Of a stretch of 64,000 bases of DNA, positions 1-11,996 are shown one piece after another. Positions within the stretch are counted from its first letter, which is position 1, and every line of letters starts with the position of its first letter. This DNA is from Okamejei kenojei (lineage: Eukaryota). The DNA lies in contig CM069142.1 in NCBI GenBank assembly GCA_035221665.1, positions 10,292,001-10,356,000 on the forward strand, given 5' to 3'. The notes below the pieces were generated by a model, which worked only from the letters and a program-made list of their open reading frames with translations, searched no databases and had not been told where the DNA came from. The position numbers were made by a program, and so were the translations under genes.

Positions 1-180
1 ACTTCACAGAGAGATGCAGTTGCAAACCCTCGGGTATAGTCAGCACCTAAGGACCACAAAACCAATTGCAGCTCTGAAAAGAATGGACGGGGTGAGGGTG
101 GACAGCATGCCAGAACGAGCACCATCTGCCCCATTATTCTGATGTTGGTAGAAGTAAGTGACAATGTAATCTTTTGCCAA

Positions 181-285
181 AAGTAGACACAAAAAGCTGG
201 AGTAACTCAGCGGGACAGGCAGCATCTCTGGAGAGAAGGAATGGGGTCGAGACGTTTCGGGTCGAGACCCTTTATCAGACCAACT
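181..285 (-). mobile_element. Penelope terminal-repeat fragment with degenerate hammerhead motif
   Basis: AGACACAAAAAGCTGGAGTAACTCAGCGGGACAGGCAGCATC...GACGTTTCGGGTCGAGACCC matches the repeat found 3' of the GIY-YIG ORFs; flanked by the direct repeat TTTTGCCAA (172-180, 286-294). Confidence 0.8.
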
Positions 286-760
286 TTTTGCCAACCCAGT
301 TGACCTCCATAATATTGAGCATGCATTTTGCACACACAATAATATTGCATATAGTGGATTCCTGCCCTTTGTGATCCCCACAGGGATGTTTGCATATTTG
401 ACTCCTCACTGTATTGCTCATCATTCGGCATTTTGCATGGAAATTTTCAAAACTGCTGATGTAATGTATAGTGTGTGTGAAATTACTGGCGATTTTCAGA
501 GCACCACTGCCAATACTCTTGCTTGCTTGGACGATTATTTTTTCTGCTTTATTTGGAAGTAGTTCTATTCTCAAACACTGTCCTTTGCAGTGTTCAGTTA
601 CTACAAAAATGTCTCACAAAATATCACAAAGATATACAAAAGCCTTTTAAAGTGGTTTTAGTGATCACCCTGCAGTATGTATCTGCACAATACTGTTGGA
701 TGCTGTGAGATTCCCAGTAAACATCAGTCTCTGACCCGATGGGCTGACGATTGTCAAGTT

Positions 761-1072
761 TTTAGTTTAGTTTAGTTCAGTTATACAGCGCGGAAACAGG
801 TCCTTCAGCCCACCAAGTCCGCACCGTCCAGAGATCCCCACACATTAAGAGCATCCCACACACTAGGGACAATTTACATTTATACCAAGCCAATTAACCT
901 ACCAACCAGCACGTTTTTGGAGGGTGGGAACAAACTGAAGATCTCAGAGAAAACCCACACAGGTCATGGGGAGAACGTACAAACTCCATACAGACAGCAC
1001 CTATAGTCAGGATTGAACCGGGTCTCTAGCGCAGTAAGGCAGCAACTCTACTACTGTGCCATCGTTCCACCC
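761..1072 (-). mobile_element. HE1-type tRNA-derived V-SINE
   Basis: Reverse complement has a tRNA-like head with A/B-box-like motifs, the CTCCCAC central block, the CR1-like GGACCTGTTTCC tail and (TAAAC)n. Confidence 0.85.
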
Positions 1073-1175
1073 TGTTCTAAAGTATTCTAAAATATCCTAT
1101 TCACTGTGACATCTCAAATGTTCTGGTCATTCTTTTTTTTTGCCAAATACCAGAATATATTGTATTATATGATGC

Positions 1176-2322
1176 AGACAATAGACAATAGGTGCAGGAG
1201 TAGGCCATTCGGCCCTTCGAGACAGCACCGCCATTCACTGTGATCATGGCTGATCATCCACAATCTGTACCCCGTTCCTGCCATCTCCCCATATCCCTTG
1301 ACTGCTATCTTTAAGAGCTCTATCTAACTGTCTCTTGAAAGCATCCAGAGAATTGGCCTCCAATGCCTTCTGAGGCAGAGGATTCCACAGATTCACAACT
1401 CTCTGGGTGAAAAAGATTTTCTTCATCTCCGTTCTAAATGGCCTACCTCTTAGACCACTCCCTCCGTACCTCCCTGGTCAATTTGTCCCTTCCCACCCAA
1501 ACCACCCCCTCCGCTGGTACGTTCCCCCTTGACTCTATCCAAGGACCCAAGCAGTCTTTCCAGGTGAGGCAGAGGTTCACCTGCACCTCCTCCAACCTCA
1601 TCTATTGCATCTGCTGCTCTAGGTGTGAACTGCTCTACATCAGTGAGAGAGACCAAGCGCAGGCTTGGCGATCACTTCGCCCAACACCTCCGCAGAGTTC
1701 GCATTAACCAACCTGATCTCCCGGTGGCTCAGCACTTCAACTCCCCCTCGCATTCTGTATCCAACCTATCTGTCCTGGGCCTTCTCCATGGCCAGAGTGA
1801 GTCCCACCGCAAATTGGAGGAGCAGCACTTCATATTTCGCTTGGGTAGCTTACACCCCAGCGGTATGAACATTGACTTCTCCAATTTCAGGTATTCCTTG
1901 CTTTCTCCTTCCTTCCCCCCCCCCCCCCCCCCCCCCAGCTCTCCCACAGCCCACTGTCTCCGCCTCTTCCTTTCTTCTTCCCGCGCCCTACACCCCCACA
2001 TCAGTCGACCCGAAACATCACCTATTCCTTCGCTCCATAGATGCTGCCTCACCCGCTGAGTTACTCCAGCATTTCCAGTCTACCTTTGATTTTTCTAGCA
2101 TCTGTAGTTCTTTCTTAAACATACCTCTTATTCTTAAACTGTGACCCCTGGTTCTGGACTCCCCCAACTTCAGGAACATGTTTCCTGCCTCTAGCATGTC
2201 CAATCCCTTAATAATCTTATACGTTTCTATAAGATCTCCTCTCATCCTTCTAAATTACAGTGTATACAAGCTCAGTCGCTCCATTCTTTCAATTTATGAC
2301 AGTTCCGCCATCCCGAAAATTA
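1176..2322 (-). mobile_element. CR1 LINE 3' fragment, split by a Penelope insertion at 1453-2121
   Basis: ORFs MRGDLIETYKIIKGLD...ESRTRGHSLRI and FFTQRVVNLWN..LP are CR1 ORF2 C-terminus; (CTATTGT)n tail near 1176-1190. Confidence 0.9.
1453..2121 (+). mobile_element. 5'-truncated Penelope-like element (Neptune-like), frameshifted GIY-YIG endonuclease plus terminal repeat
   Basis: NLIYCICCSRCELLYI / ETKRRLGDHFAQHL...PVAQHFN...GMNIDF is a GIY-YIG domain; TSD TACCTCTTA at 1444-1452 and 2122-2130. Confidence 0.9.
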
Positions 2323-2540
2323 ATAATTCATAATAATTGAACAGCAGGTCTCTATGGAATTCCAGTTCAGTGACTGGAAGTTATAGTTTTAAGTACATAA
2401 AGCTGGTCAAATATGCCACTCTGGTTGCTGGTTCATAACATTTGCAAGCAAAATAAAATGTTATTTCATTTTAAAAATTTGCAGATATACTTCTCAGCCA
2501 CTGTTGACTGCCACCAGTCAGATTCAGCATCTAAGGGGAC

Positions 2541-3228
2541 CTGTGTGGGAAGGAACTGCGGATGCTGGTTTAAACCGAAGAACACCTAATGCTGGAGTAA
2601 CTCAACGGAACAGGCAGCATCTTCAGGAGTCAGAAGAAGGGTCTCGACCCGAAACGTCACCCATTCCTTCTCTCCAGAGATGCTGCCTGTCCCGCTGAGT
2701 CTATCTAAGTGGAACAGCCTGCAGGGGAAATCCATGCTGTTAGTTGCCTGAGAATATCAGAGATAACTGGGATAATTGAGATGTACAGTATTGATATGAA
2801 ATGAGAGATATAGATGGTGATATAGAGAGATATAGAACAAATGAATGAAAGATATGCAAAAAAGTAACGATGATAAAGGAAGCAGGCCATTGATAAAAAC
2901 GAGTTACAGACAATGAGACTCAAGAAGACATCTTTAAAGATGGTATGACTTGGATGGGGGAGTGATGGAGAGAGAGGGAAAGAAGGGTAACTTGAAGTTA
3001 GAGAAATCAAGTTTCATGCCGCTGGGTTGTAAGCGGCCCAAGCGATATACAAGGTGCTGTTCCTCCAATTTGCGTTTGGCCTCACTCTGACACCCTTCTT
3101 CAGACTTCTTGACCCAAATAATCACCTATTCCTTTTCTCCATAGATGCTGTGTGACCCACTGAGGTACTCCAGCTTTTTGGCGCCTGTCTTTGGTTTAAA
3201 CCAGCACCTGCTGTTCCTTCCTTCACAC
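2541..3228. mobile_element. Rearranged Penelope fragments in both orientations
   Basis: Terminal-repeat copies on both strands; minus-strand ORF RKLEEQHLVYRLGRLQPSGMKLDFSNF. Confidence 0.8.
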
Positions 3229-3275
3229 CTAACCATTCTCTATAATATTAGTTTTGCAATCCACTCGCAACAGAT

Positions 3276-3432
3276 TAGGGGCAATTTACAGAGGCCAATT
3301 AACCTACAAAGTTGCACATCTTTGGGATGCGGGAAGAAACCAAAGCACCCAGAGAAAACCCACGCAGTCAAAGGAAGAACATGCAAACTCCACACAGACA
3401 CCAACCGAAGTTAGGATTAAGCCCAGGTCTCT
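3276..3432 (-). mobile_element. Partial, diverged HE1-type SINE
   Basis: GCCAATTAACCTACAAA...AGAAAACCCACGCAGTCA block shared with other SINE copies. Confidence 0.75.
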
Positions 3433-4202
3433 AGTTTATATTGCCCAGGCCCCACTATGCTGCTGGTAAGAAGAGAGATATTATTTTATGTCAATTAAAA
3501 AAATATTTTTACATGACAAGGGGACTGTATTGACTGTGGTGGAGGTTTAATGTAATCTTTTTGTGTTGTGCTATAGTAGTAATAAATCTCCCAGTACTAA
3601 ATATAGTAAACACTGACAATTACCCGCTGACATGGCCTGATGTTAATAAAACATGATTGCCTTTCAAAATTTGTCGAGAGAACATGAGATATTTGTCGCC
3701 AGTGAAACAGAAAGGAAGCAAACACCTTTGATATTCTTGACGGTAATAATAAATTAATAGCAACCCAGAGTATCTAATTTTATGAGTCTATTAAATGGTT
3801 GTAATACTAACAATTCAATTTGCCTTGTCGTGCACAAAAGCATTAGCATTGAGGGATTTTCTTTGTTTTTATTGCTGCCATCCAGCTAAAATGCTGTACT
3901 TCAGATTTTCAGCATCAAATGCCTGGTAGAAATAAACCAATTGCCACAGAGATGTACTTTGCACTGGTAAATCACTTGGTTCCAAACCGCTAAAACTCAC
4001 TCAAGCGTTCACCAGCCAGCATCGTTCCCTTTTTCAGTCGTTGCACTTTATTTAGCGGCATTTAGGCCATTAATAGAGAGGTCATAATAAAGAAGAGTGG
4101 ACCTCAAGACAGTGCTATTTGAAACAACAAAGAAACAGGCGGCATTTGTTCCTGGTTCATGTAAACTGCAATGTCAATTGGAAGTGGGGAGAAACATTAA
4201 TG

Positions 4203-4585
4203 AGACAAACACAAAATGCCGGAGTAACTCAGAGGGACAGGCAGTATCTCTGGAGGGAAGGAACGGGTGACATTTTGGGTCGAGACCCTGCTTCAGATTG
4301 AGTCAGGGGAGAGGGAGACACAGAGATAAGGAAAAGTGTAAGGTGTGAAAACGAGACATCAAAAGAGATGCGGTTGAAAGAAAATGTAGAATAGATCCTT
4401 GTTAAGTATGAAAAGGAAACAACAAAGCAAAGAAAGATAAAATGTAATCAGGGGGGCAGTCAGACTGGTTGGAGAACTAGGAAGGGGGAGGGAGGGATGG
4501 AGAGAGAGAGCGCAAGCAGGGGTTACTTGAAGTTGGAGATGTCAATATTCATACTGCTGGGGTGTAAGCTGCCCAAGTGAAGTAT
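4203..4585 (-). mobile_element. Penelope 3' end and terminal repeat
   Basis: Terminal repeat followed by TTACTTGAAGTT...AATATTCATAC..CTGGGGTGTAAGCTGCCCAAG, the antisense of the endonuclease C-terminus. Confidence 0.8.
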
Positions 4586-4826
4586 TAATGAGATTATGAG
4601 GGATATCCCTGGAGTTGTTAACCCCAAAGAGGAATGCCTTTTCATGAGGGAATGTCATTTGTGTGAGGCACCAGCTTGATGTGATGGAAGATTTAAACCT
4701 GCTTGAAGGAAAGAACATTATTTTGGCTTGAAATTACTGTCACAAACGTTGTTTTACATTCTCACCTCCCCATTGCCCAAAGACATATCTGAAGAAGGAT
4801 TCTGATCCGAACTAGGTCTGAACACC

Positions 4827-5147
4827 GGGCGGCATAGTTGCGAGGCGGTACAGTTGTTGCCTCACAGCACCAGAGACTCAGGTTCGATTCCGACTGCGGC
4901 TTCTGTATGTACGCAGTTTGTACGTTCTCCCCGTGACCTGCGTCGGTTTTCTCCGGGAGCTCCGGTTTCCTCCCACACTCCAAAGACGTACAGCTTTTTT
5001 GGTTAATTGACTTGGTATTTAAAAAAAAAAGTATAATTGTCCCTTGTGTGTGTAGGGAAGAGTTAATGTGCGGGGATCGCTGGTCGGTGAGGACTCAGTG
5101 GACCGAAGTGCCTGTTTCCACGCTGTATCTCTCAACTAAACTAAACT
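4827..5147 (+). mobile_element. Full-length HE1-type V-SINE
   Basis: GGGCGGCA..head, B box GGTTCGATTCC, central domain and (TAAAC)n tail. Confidence 0.9.
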
Positions 5148-5339
5148 ATCATCGCTCCATTTCCCATCTCAGATGCCGACTGACTCGCCAAGTTTCTCTT
5201 ACTGTCCATTTTTTTGGCTTTTAATTCAGAAACCTTGAAGCCCTTGTTTGACTATGTGGTGCTCAGAATTCTGCTGCCCCATTCTGATAGCAGGTCATCA
5301 CCACTCTCCACTTATCCCGCTCATGCCCCCCATGCCACA

Positions 5340-5810
5340 CTGCTGATTGACCTCCCCCTCCCATTCCTACACTAACCTTTCTGTCCTGGGCCTCCTCCAA
5401 TGCCAGTGAGGCCCAGTGCAAATTGGAGGAACTGCATCTCATATTTCACTTGGGCAGCTTACACCCCAGCGGCATGAATATCTACTTCTCTAACTTCAAG
5501 TAACCCTTGCTTTCCCGTTCTCTCCATCCCCCCTCCCCATTCCCGGTTCTCCGACCAGTCTGACTGTCCCCAATTACATTTTATCACAGTTTGCTTTGTT
5601 GTTACCTTCTCCTGGCTAAGGCTGATCTATTCTACATTTTCATTGAACCTCATCCCCCTTTGATGTCTCATTTTCACACCTTACACTTCCTCATCTCTGT
5701 ACCTTCCTCTCCGCTGACTCTCAGTCTGAAGATGGGTCTCATCCTGAAGCGTCACCCATCCAGAGAGGCTGCCTGTCCCACTGAGTTCCTCCAGCATTTT
5801 GTGTCTATCT
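5340..5810 (+). mobile_element. Penelope 3' end and terminal repeat
   Basis: AAATTGGAGGAAC...TTACACCCCAGCGGCATGAATA endonuclease end, then terminal repeat. Confidence 0.8.
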
Positions 5811-6270
5811 GCTGATTGAAGACCTTACCTACATTAAGCCCAGCTGGGAGACTGCAGTATTTCTCCTCAGCAACCCACAGAAATAATTCGTTCATCGTAG
5901 TAAGTCATTTGTTACATCAGGGACAGCAGATAAAATTGGGTCCATATATTGACTTACATATTAAACATCTATCTTGCGTTAATGTGACCAATGACAACTT
6001 GATGCTGGTTTATGAAGTCGATTTATGAGAAGTCATTGTAAGCCTTTGGAAAGCTTCAATCTATCAATCCTATCTTCCCCTTGCTGATTCAGTCATCATT
6101 AAAATGCGTGTTTAGAAAATAAAAATTTCATGAGTAAAATCTAGTTTCAAAGGACTTCAGTACAGCCAACAGATCATTGCTCCAAATTCCAGCTTCAACT
6201 GCTAATGAACTTATTTTTGGAATTCATCTGGACTGTGACCACAGGCAGAAAAAAACACTCACAAATTACC

Positions 6271-6458
6271 AAAGATAGACACAAAAAGCTGGAGTAACTC
6301 AGCGGGTCAGACAGCATCTCTGGAGAAAAGGAATGAATAGGTGACGTTTTGGGTCGAGACCCTTCTTGGAGAAAAGGAATGAATAGGTGACGTTTTGGGT
6401 CGAGATCCTTCTTGGAGAAAAGGAATGAATAGGTGACGTTTTGGGTCGAGACCCTTCT
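6271..6458 (-). mobile_element. Penelope terminal-repeat insertion containing a 3 x 46-bp tandem
   Basis: Units at 6321-6366, 6367-6412 and 6413-6458; TSD TCACAAATTACC at 6259-6270 and 6459-6470. Confidence 0.85.
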
Positions 6459-7244
6459 TCACAAATTACCTATTGCCATCACTCCATTATCAAGTCAGAG
6501 GTTGGGTGGAAATGGTTGGCCAATTAACTGACGGCAATCAGACTATCGTGAAGCGAACATAATCAACTTTTTTTTACTAAAAGGGCAATTTAAAGAACGG
6601 TGAAAATAAACTATAGCAACTTTTCCTGAACATTGCAACGAGTGAAGCCCACTCAGCTTCACAGAAAGGTAGTGCATAAAAGCATTTTGGGGTCAGATAC
6701 AGCAGTGTGTCCCAACATGGAGGACTAGTATATCACTGACCATGTCCATGTTGTTGAACTGAAGCAAGTCACTTTTATGCAGTCTTTTCATAGAGTCCCA
6801 CAGCATGGAAACAGGGCCTTCAGTCCACCAAGTCCCCACCAACCATCAATATTCAATGTTCAATGGCACTCATTCTGCCCTGGCCAGAGGTTGCGCAACT
6901 CGACAAGCCGTAGTTGTGTCTTTCAGCTGCTCGTTCTCTGTTTTCAGATAAGGAGCCATTGACAACGGTCTAAATCATCACGATCCAATATTGTAACGTT
7001 CAGGATGTTAAAATTGTAACATTTGCTCTTTAAATGTTGAGGGCATTTTTGATTGTAAGTGCAAAGATTTAATGGTCTATGTGAAACCAATATTCAGTGG
7101 TTTAATGGTGCTTTATTGTCGCGTGTGCACTGGACAGTGAAATTATCGTTGTATAAATCAGACGTGCCCGAATCGCATTTACAAAAAGGACAAAGTCTGG
7201 TCCACCGCTCAATTTAGTTTAGTTCAGTTTTTCAGTTTCGTATG

Positions 7245-7660
7245 GCTTCCAAGATGGCGTCCAACCGAGGGACTGTTTGCCTGCTGGCCACAGAAGCAGA
7301 TCTACAATCACATATTACAATTGCTCCACACTCTTACATTTCTACTCCTACAGACTGGCTTTACCTTAACTTTAATCCCTTATGTATCTATACGCTGTAT
7401 ATGGCTGGATTGTAATCATGTGTAGTCTTCCCACTGACCGGATAGCATGCGACCAAAGCTTTCCACTGTATCTCAGTACACGTGAGAATAAACAAAACTA
7501 ACTAAACTAATTAACTAACTAACTTTATTGTTGCGTGTACCGAGGTACAGTGAAAGTCTTTTGTTGCGTGCTATGCAGTCAGTGGAAAGACAATACACGC
7601 TTACAATCCAGCCACCCACTGTGTGCAGATACACGATAAAGGGAATAACGTGATTAATGT
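7245..7660. mobile_element. Rex1/Babar 3' UTR pieces in opposite orientations
   Basis: CTGGCTTTACCTT...GTACACGTGAGAATAAA with (TAAAC)n-like tail on +, then the antisense of the same UTR from ~7522; matches the UTR after the Rex ORF at 43300-43775. Confidence 0.7.
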
Positions 7661-8008
7661 TTCGGAGGAGAATTTGAGGAGATCTTCAATTGTCTTTGCA
7701 CTCCGACTAACCGAGTCGGAGTGCAAAATAGGAGAAATTAATTTGTGCAAATGATTAGTTTTTCTGCTACGCAGGTGCCCACTTTGTGGGCATTTTTGCA
7801 TTGGGTTTGGGGGTAAGGCTGAATGGTGCAAGATTGCCTGTGGAATGCAGAGTGAGCAATGACGGGAAGTACTCAGTCACATCTTTCCTGTTAAAATGTG
7901 CGCTCCATACGCAACTAATGCGCAATGTGATCCACACGGGAAATTGGGACTGAATGCAGACAGTTTAAGGAGGTCCGTAATAGTTTGCAGTGTTGTTGTG
8001 AACTGACT

Positions 8009-8316
8009 GGGGACGGCGTGGTGCGGCAGCGGTAGAGCTACTGCCTTACCGTGCCAGAGACCCGAGTTTGATCCTGACTACTGGCGCTGTCTGTATGGAC
8101 CTTGTACATACTACCCGTGACCACGTGAGTTTTTACTGGAAGCTCCAGTTTCCTACCATACTCAAAGACGTACAGGCTCGTAGGTTAATTGGCTTGGTAA
8201 ATTGTCCCTAGTGAATGTAAGGACAGTGTTAATGTGCGAGGATCGCTGGTCGGTGCGGACTTGGTGGGCTGAAGGACCTGTTTCTGCGCTGTATCTCTGA
8301 ACTAAACTAAACTAAA
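8009..8316 (+). mobile_element. HE1-type V-SINE
   Basis: tRNA-like head, central domain, (TAAAC)n tail. Confidence 0.9.
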
Positions 8317-9086
8317 TTTAAGCAGTTGTGTATTTTTTAGTGATACAGCGCGGAAACGGGCCCTTCGTTAGCTCACGCACTGCAATTTATGAAGTTGCCT
8401 TGACAAATAACTTTCCCTTTAGTGAGGTGAAGGCTGCTGTACTTTTGTTTACATGTAGGTGCTTTAGGTCAGGAATGGTCCCACTGAAGAAGAGGATTCA
8501 AGTTATACAATAGATCTAATACAAGATAGGTTAACGGTTGAAATTCTCTGCCCTAGACTAGAGCACTGTGGAGGTTCAGCCATGGATTGCATTCAGAGAT
8601 CAAAAGATTTCTGGATATCTCAGAAATTAAGAAATTTGGATGGAGCAGGAAAATGGTATTGAGGTAGACAATCGTTATCTCACCGATCGGCAAAGCAGGC
8701 CCGTGGGGCCGAATGACCTACTCCTGATCCAATTTCCTGCTTCCTGTGGAGATTTTTTTAAAGTTATTTAACTTAATTGTGGGGGGTTGTGGAAATGTTG
8801 AAGTCTGAGTTGTAATTCTTCCTGGTCTTATTTGCTTTGTGTAAAACCATCAAGAAGAATATTGAATTGGGGACACCTCCAAGTGCAATAGGGATAAAAC
8901 ATTTTTATCAAATGTAAGATAAGAATAAAATATATTTATTTATGACAATTGTTGAAATTACAATTTAAAATACATACTTGTGCTGTAGCACCAGGATATG
9001 CGCTCAACCAAGAAAACCAAGCCCAAAGCCAAGGTATGATCTGAATTGAATATACAGCACCAGCTTATGCTCAGGACAATAACTAA

Positions 9087-9604
9087 AGAAGCTGTCCCAC
9101 TTGGGCAACCTAATTGGCGAGATTAGAAGAGTTTAGGAGAGATTTGAAAAAATGTCATGTTGAAGACCTCCTTCGACTACGTTGAAGACCTCCTTCGACT
9201 ATGTTGAAGACTAGCTTCAACTAGCTACAACTAGCTACGACTAACTTCCGGAAAAGTGGAGAGTAAAGACGATCTCCGTCGATCTCCTTCGACCTCCCTT
9301 TGACTTCCCTTCGACTATGATGAAGACTATCTGCGACTACCTTCGACTAACATGCCCACCTACTATGACCTACTACGCCTAAACCTACGAGTAAAAAAAG
9401 TATGGATTTTTTCCATGACAACCTCTTTTTACTCACAGGCATTTTTCAACATGTTGAGGCCTCGAGTACGCGGAGACCACTCTCGAGCATGAAGGAGAGT
9501 TCCGAAGACCTCCTGCGACCTCGTGTCGACCGTGCTGCGAATATGAGTCGAGGGAAAACTCGTCACGAACTCGTGGATTAGGTCGTCCATGTGGGACAGC
9601 CCCT
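9087..9604. mobile_element. PIF/Harbinger-type MITE
   Basis: 14-bp TIRs AGAAGCTGTCCCAC / GTGGGACAGCCCCT; TAA TSD at 9084-9086 and 9605-9607; internal CGAC-rich subrepeats. Confidence 0.8.
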
Positions 9605-10334
9605 TAACTCCACATGCAATATGAAATCTCAGCACCCTTACAGCACTGTGACAATCTTTATTATAAAAGCACAAGTATCAGTGATCGTAGGCACTATTTT
9701 TCTTTGCCTCTGCGGGAGGTTTCCTTATTTCCTTTCATTCATTGAATCTGCGAGGACTCATATTAAATAACCAACATTGTCACCTTTATACTGAGAGGGA
9801 AAGTACATTGCATCGTGTACCATGACTGTCTGCAACTTGATCATATTGCTAAATTTGGCGAAGAACAAAAAAGGTCTCACTCAAACCAGATAGGAAAACA
9901 GAGAGAGTGTTCCCACAAACAGCCCAGAAAGGCCTTTGAAACAGCAGGCTTTATTTCTAAGTCCATTCACTGTTTGGTGCATTGCTGATTAATAGGCCTT
10001 TCCTCTCCAAATGAGGATGGAATTATACTGTTTAACACAGCAGCTTTGTTTTGCAATTGAAAGACCCGCTGCCTGCATTATATTCGTACAATGCATTCAT
10101 GCTTTGAGGCAGTTGCATACATTTCAAACCAACTCAATCTTGGAACAATTAGACAAGATGCTAAAAACGTCAGGGTTTTAAATGACTCGGTTGTCGTGCG
10201 AATGTGGCTTCATAAAGATTTGGTCCATGTCATTGTGCTGTCCTAGAATTCTAATAATAGCCCTTGAGGCTTTCTATGTGTAAATAATCTCATAACTTTG
10301 GTACAATAACATGTTAAGTAGCCACGGAGAGGTC

Positions 10335-10746
10335 TATTTCATATTTCATTTTTCACTTGGGCAGCTCGCAACCCAGCGACATGAATATTGATTTCCCTAA
10401 CTTCAAGTAATCCTTGCATTCCCTCTCTGTCCATCCCTCCCCCACCCAAGTCATTGTGCGAGCTTCAAAGACATCTTGTTGAGTTTCATTGTCTGTAACG
10501 TGTTTGCCCCTAGCTCACAGCTAACAATGGGCCTGTTCCCTATATAATCATTACTTTTTTTTGCATATCTTTCATCCATTTGCTCTGCATCTCTCCATAT
10601 AACTTTCTTTATCTCTCATTTCCCTTTCCCCTGACTCTCAGTCTGAAGAAGGGTCTCGACCTGAAACGTCACCTATTCCTTTTCTCCAGAGATGCTGTCT
10701 GCCCCCACTGAGTTACTCCGGCTTTTTGTGTTTATCTTTGGTCTAA
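10335..10746 (+). mobile_element. Penelope 3' end with hammerhead motif at 10643-10670
   Basis: Endonuclease C-terminal remnant, then CTGAAGAAGGGTCTCGACCTGAAACGTC. Confidence 0.85.
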
Positions 10747-10799
10747 AGAATGATATATATGTTACAATTTTGCCGAAATACCCTCTTTGTGTGACAACC

Positions 10800-11297
10800 C
10801 ACACCACCAGGTTCAGGGACAGTTTCTTCCCAGCGGTTTTCAGGCAACTGAATCATCCTACCACAACCAGAGAGCAGCGCCAAACTACCTACAGGGCCTG
10901 TCCCACTTGGCAATTATTTCGGCGACTGCCGGCATCATTGACTGCCGTATTAGGTCACCGAAAAATTCACGATGTGACGCGGTGTGACGAGGCGTGATGA
11001 CGTATTGACGCGCGGCGTTTTTTCAAGTGTCGCAACGTTTTTTTTGTCGCCGCAGGATTTTGAAATGTTCAAAATCTTTTGATGACCCTGATACGTCAGT
11101 CAATGACGCTGGCAGTCGCCGAAATAATCGGGAAGTTGGACAAGCCCTTGCGTCTTTGATGACCTTTGGACTATCCTTGATCGGACGTTGCTGGCTTTAC
11201 CTTGCCCTAAATGTTATTCCCTTATCATGTATCTATGCACTGTAAATGGCTTGATTGTAATCGGTACACGTGACAATAAACTAAACTGAACTGAACT
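10800..11297 (+). mobile_element. Rex1/Babar 3' end interrupted by a MITE
   Basis: HTTRFRDSFFPAVFRQLN; ends GTGACAATAAACTAAACTGAAC. Confidence 0.8.
10893..11148. mobile_element. PIF/Harbinger-type MITE
   Basis: TIRs AGGGCCTGTCCCAC / GTTGGACAAGCCCT; long imperfect internal inverted repeats; TSD imperfect (TAC/TGC). Confidence 0.75.
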
Positions 11298-11739
11298 CTC
11301 CAGAGTTGTTGTACGTTGGAAACGTGACCCTTCTACCCATGATAAATATTTACAGTATTTGACTGTCTTGATTCTAACTTAATAGCTGATAAAAACTGAT
11401 AATAACTGATAAAAACACATTGACAGCTGACAGAATTTTTGTTAACTACATCAATAAAGCTTGGTATATAATGTCAACCATTCATCTTGGTTAATACAGA
11501 ATGCCGATATCCTGACGAACAGAATGCCGATATCCTGCATGAACTATGGAGACGTCACATTTGTTCCTGAACATGTCACAGTCTGTGACAGGTTAACTTG
11601 AGTGGGAAAACACCCAGAACAGAAACCAAATGGACAATACTGAACAACAGTGAATGTGCCGGTCGGTGTTACCTAGTGGCGATATCAAGTGGCGATTTAT
11701 AGTAGAAATCAAAAATGTAATTCAATCAAATAAGCAAAC

Positions 11740-11996
11740 TGGGGAGAAGGCAGGAGAATGGTGTTAGGAGGGAGAGATAGATCTCTGAAGAAGGGTCTTG
11801 AACTGAAACGTCATTCATTACTTCTCTCCAGAGATGCTGCCTGTCCCGCTGAATTGCTCCAGCTTTTTGTGTCTATCTTCGGTTTAAACCAGCATCTGCA
11901 GTTCCTTCCTACACAATGGATCATCCATGATTGAATGGCGGAGTAGACATGATGGGCCGAATGGCCTAACTCTGCTCCCATCACTTAGGATCTTAT
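11740..11996 (+). mobile_element. CR1 3' UTR with inserted Penelope terminal repeat
   Basis: GGGGAGAAGGCAGGAGAATGG...CCATGATTGAATGGCGGAGTAGAC split by a CTGAAGAAGGGTC.. repeat. Confidence 0.75.

Noticed and set aside
100-160. Exon ending at the GTAAGT near 154
   Set aside because: No acceptor is visible and no recognisable peptide results; such a hexamer is expected by chance.
4827-4900. tRNA gene
   Set aside because: The A/B-box head continues into the SINE body and tail; the same holds for all other copies.
6321-6458. CRISPR-like regular repeats
   Set aside because: Units are head-to-tail without unique spacers, there are no cas genes, and the context is vertebrate.
11386-11540. Small tandem duplications (CTGATAAAAA; ACAGAATGCCGATATCCTG x2)
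   Set aside because: Ordinary local slippage with no further structure.
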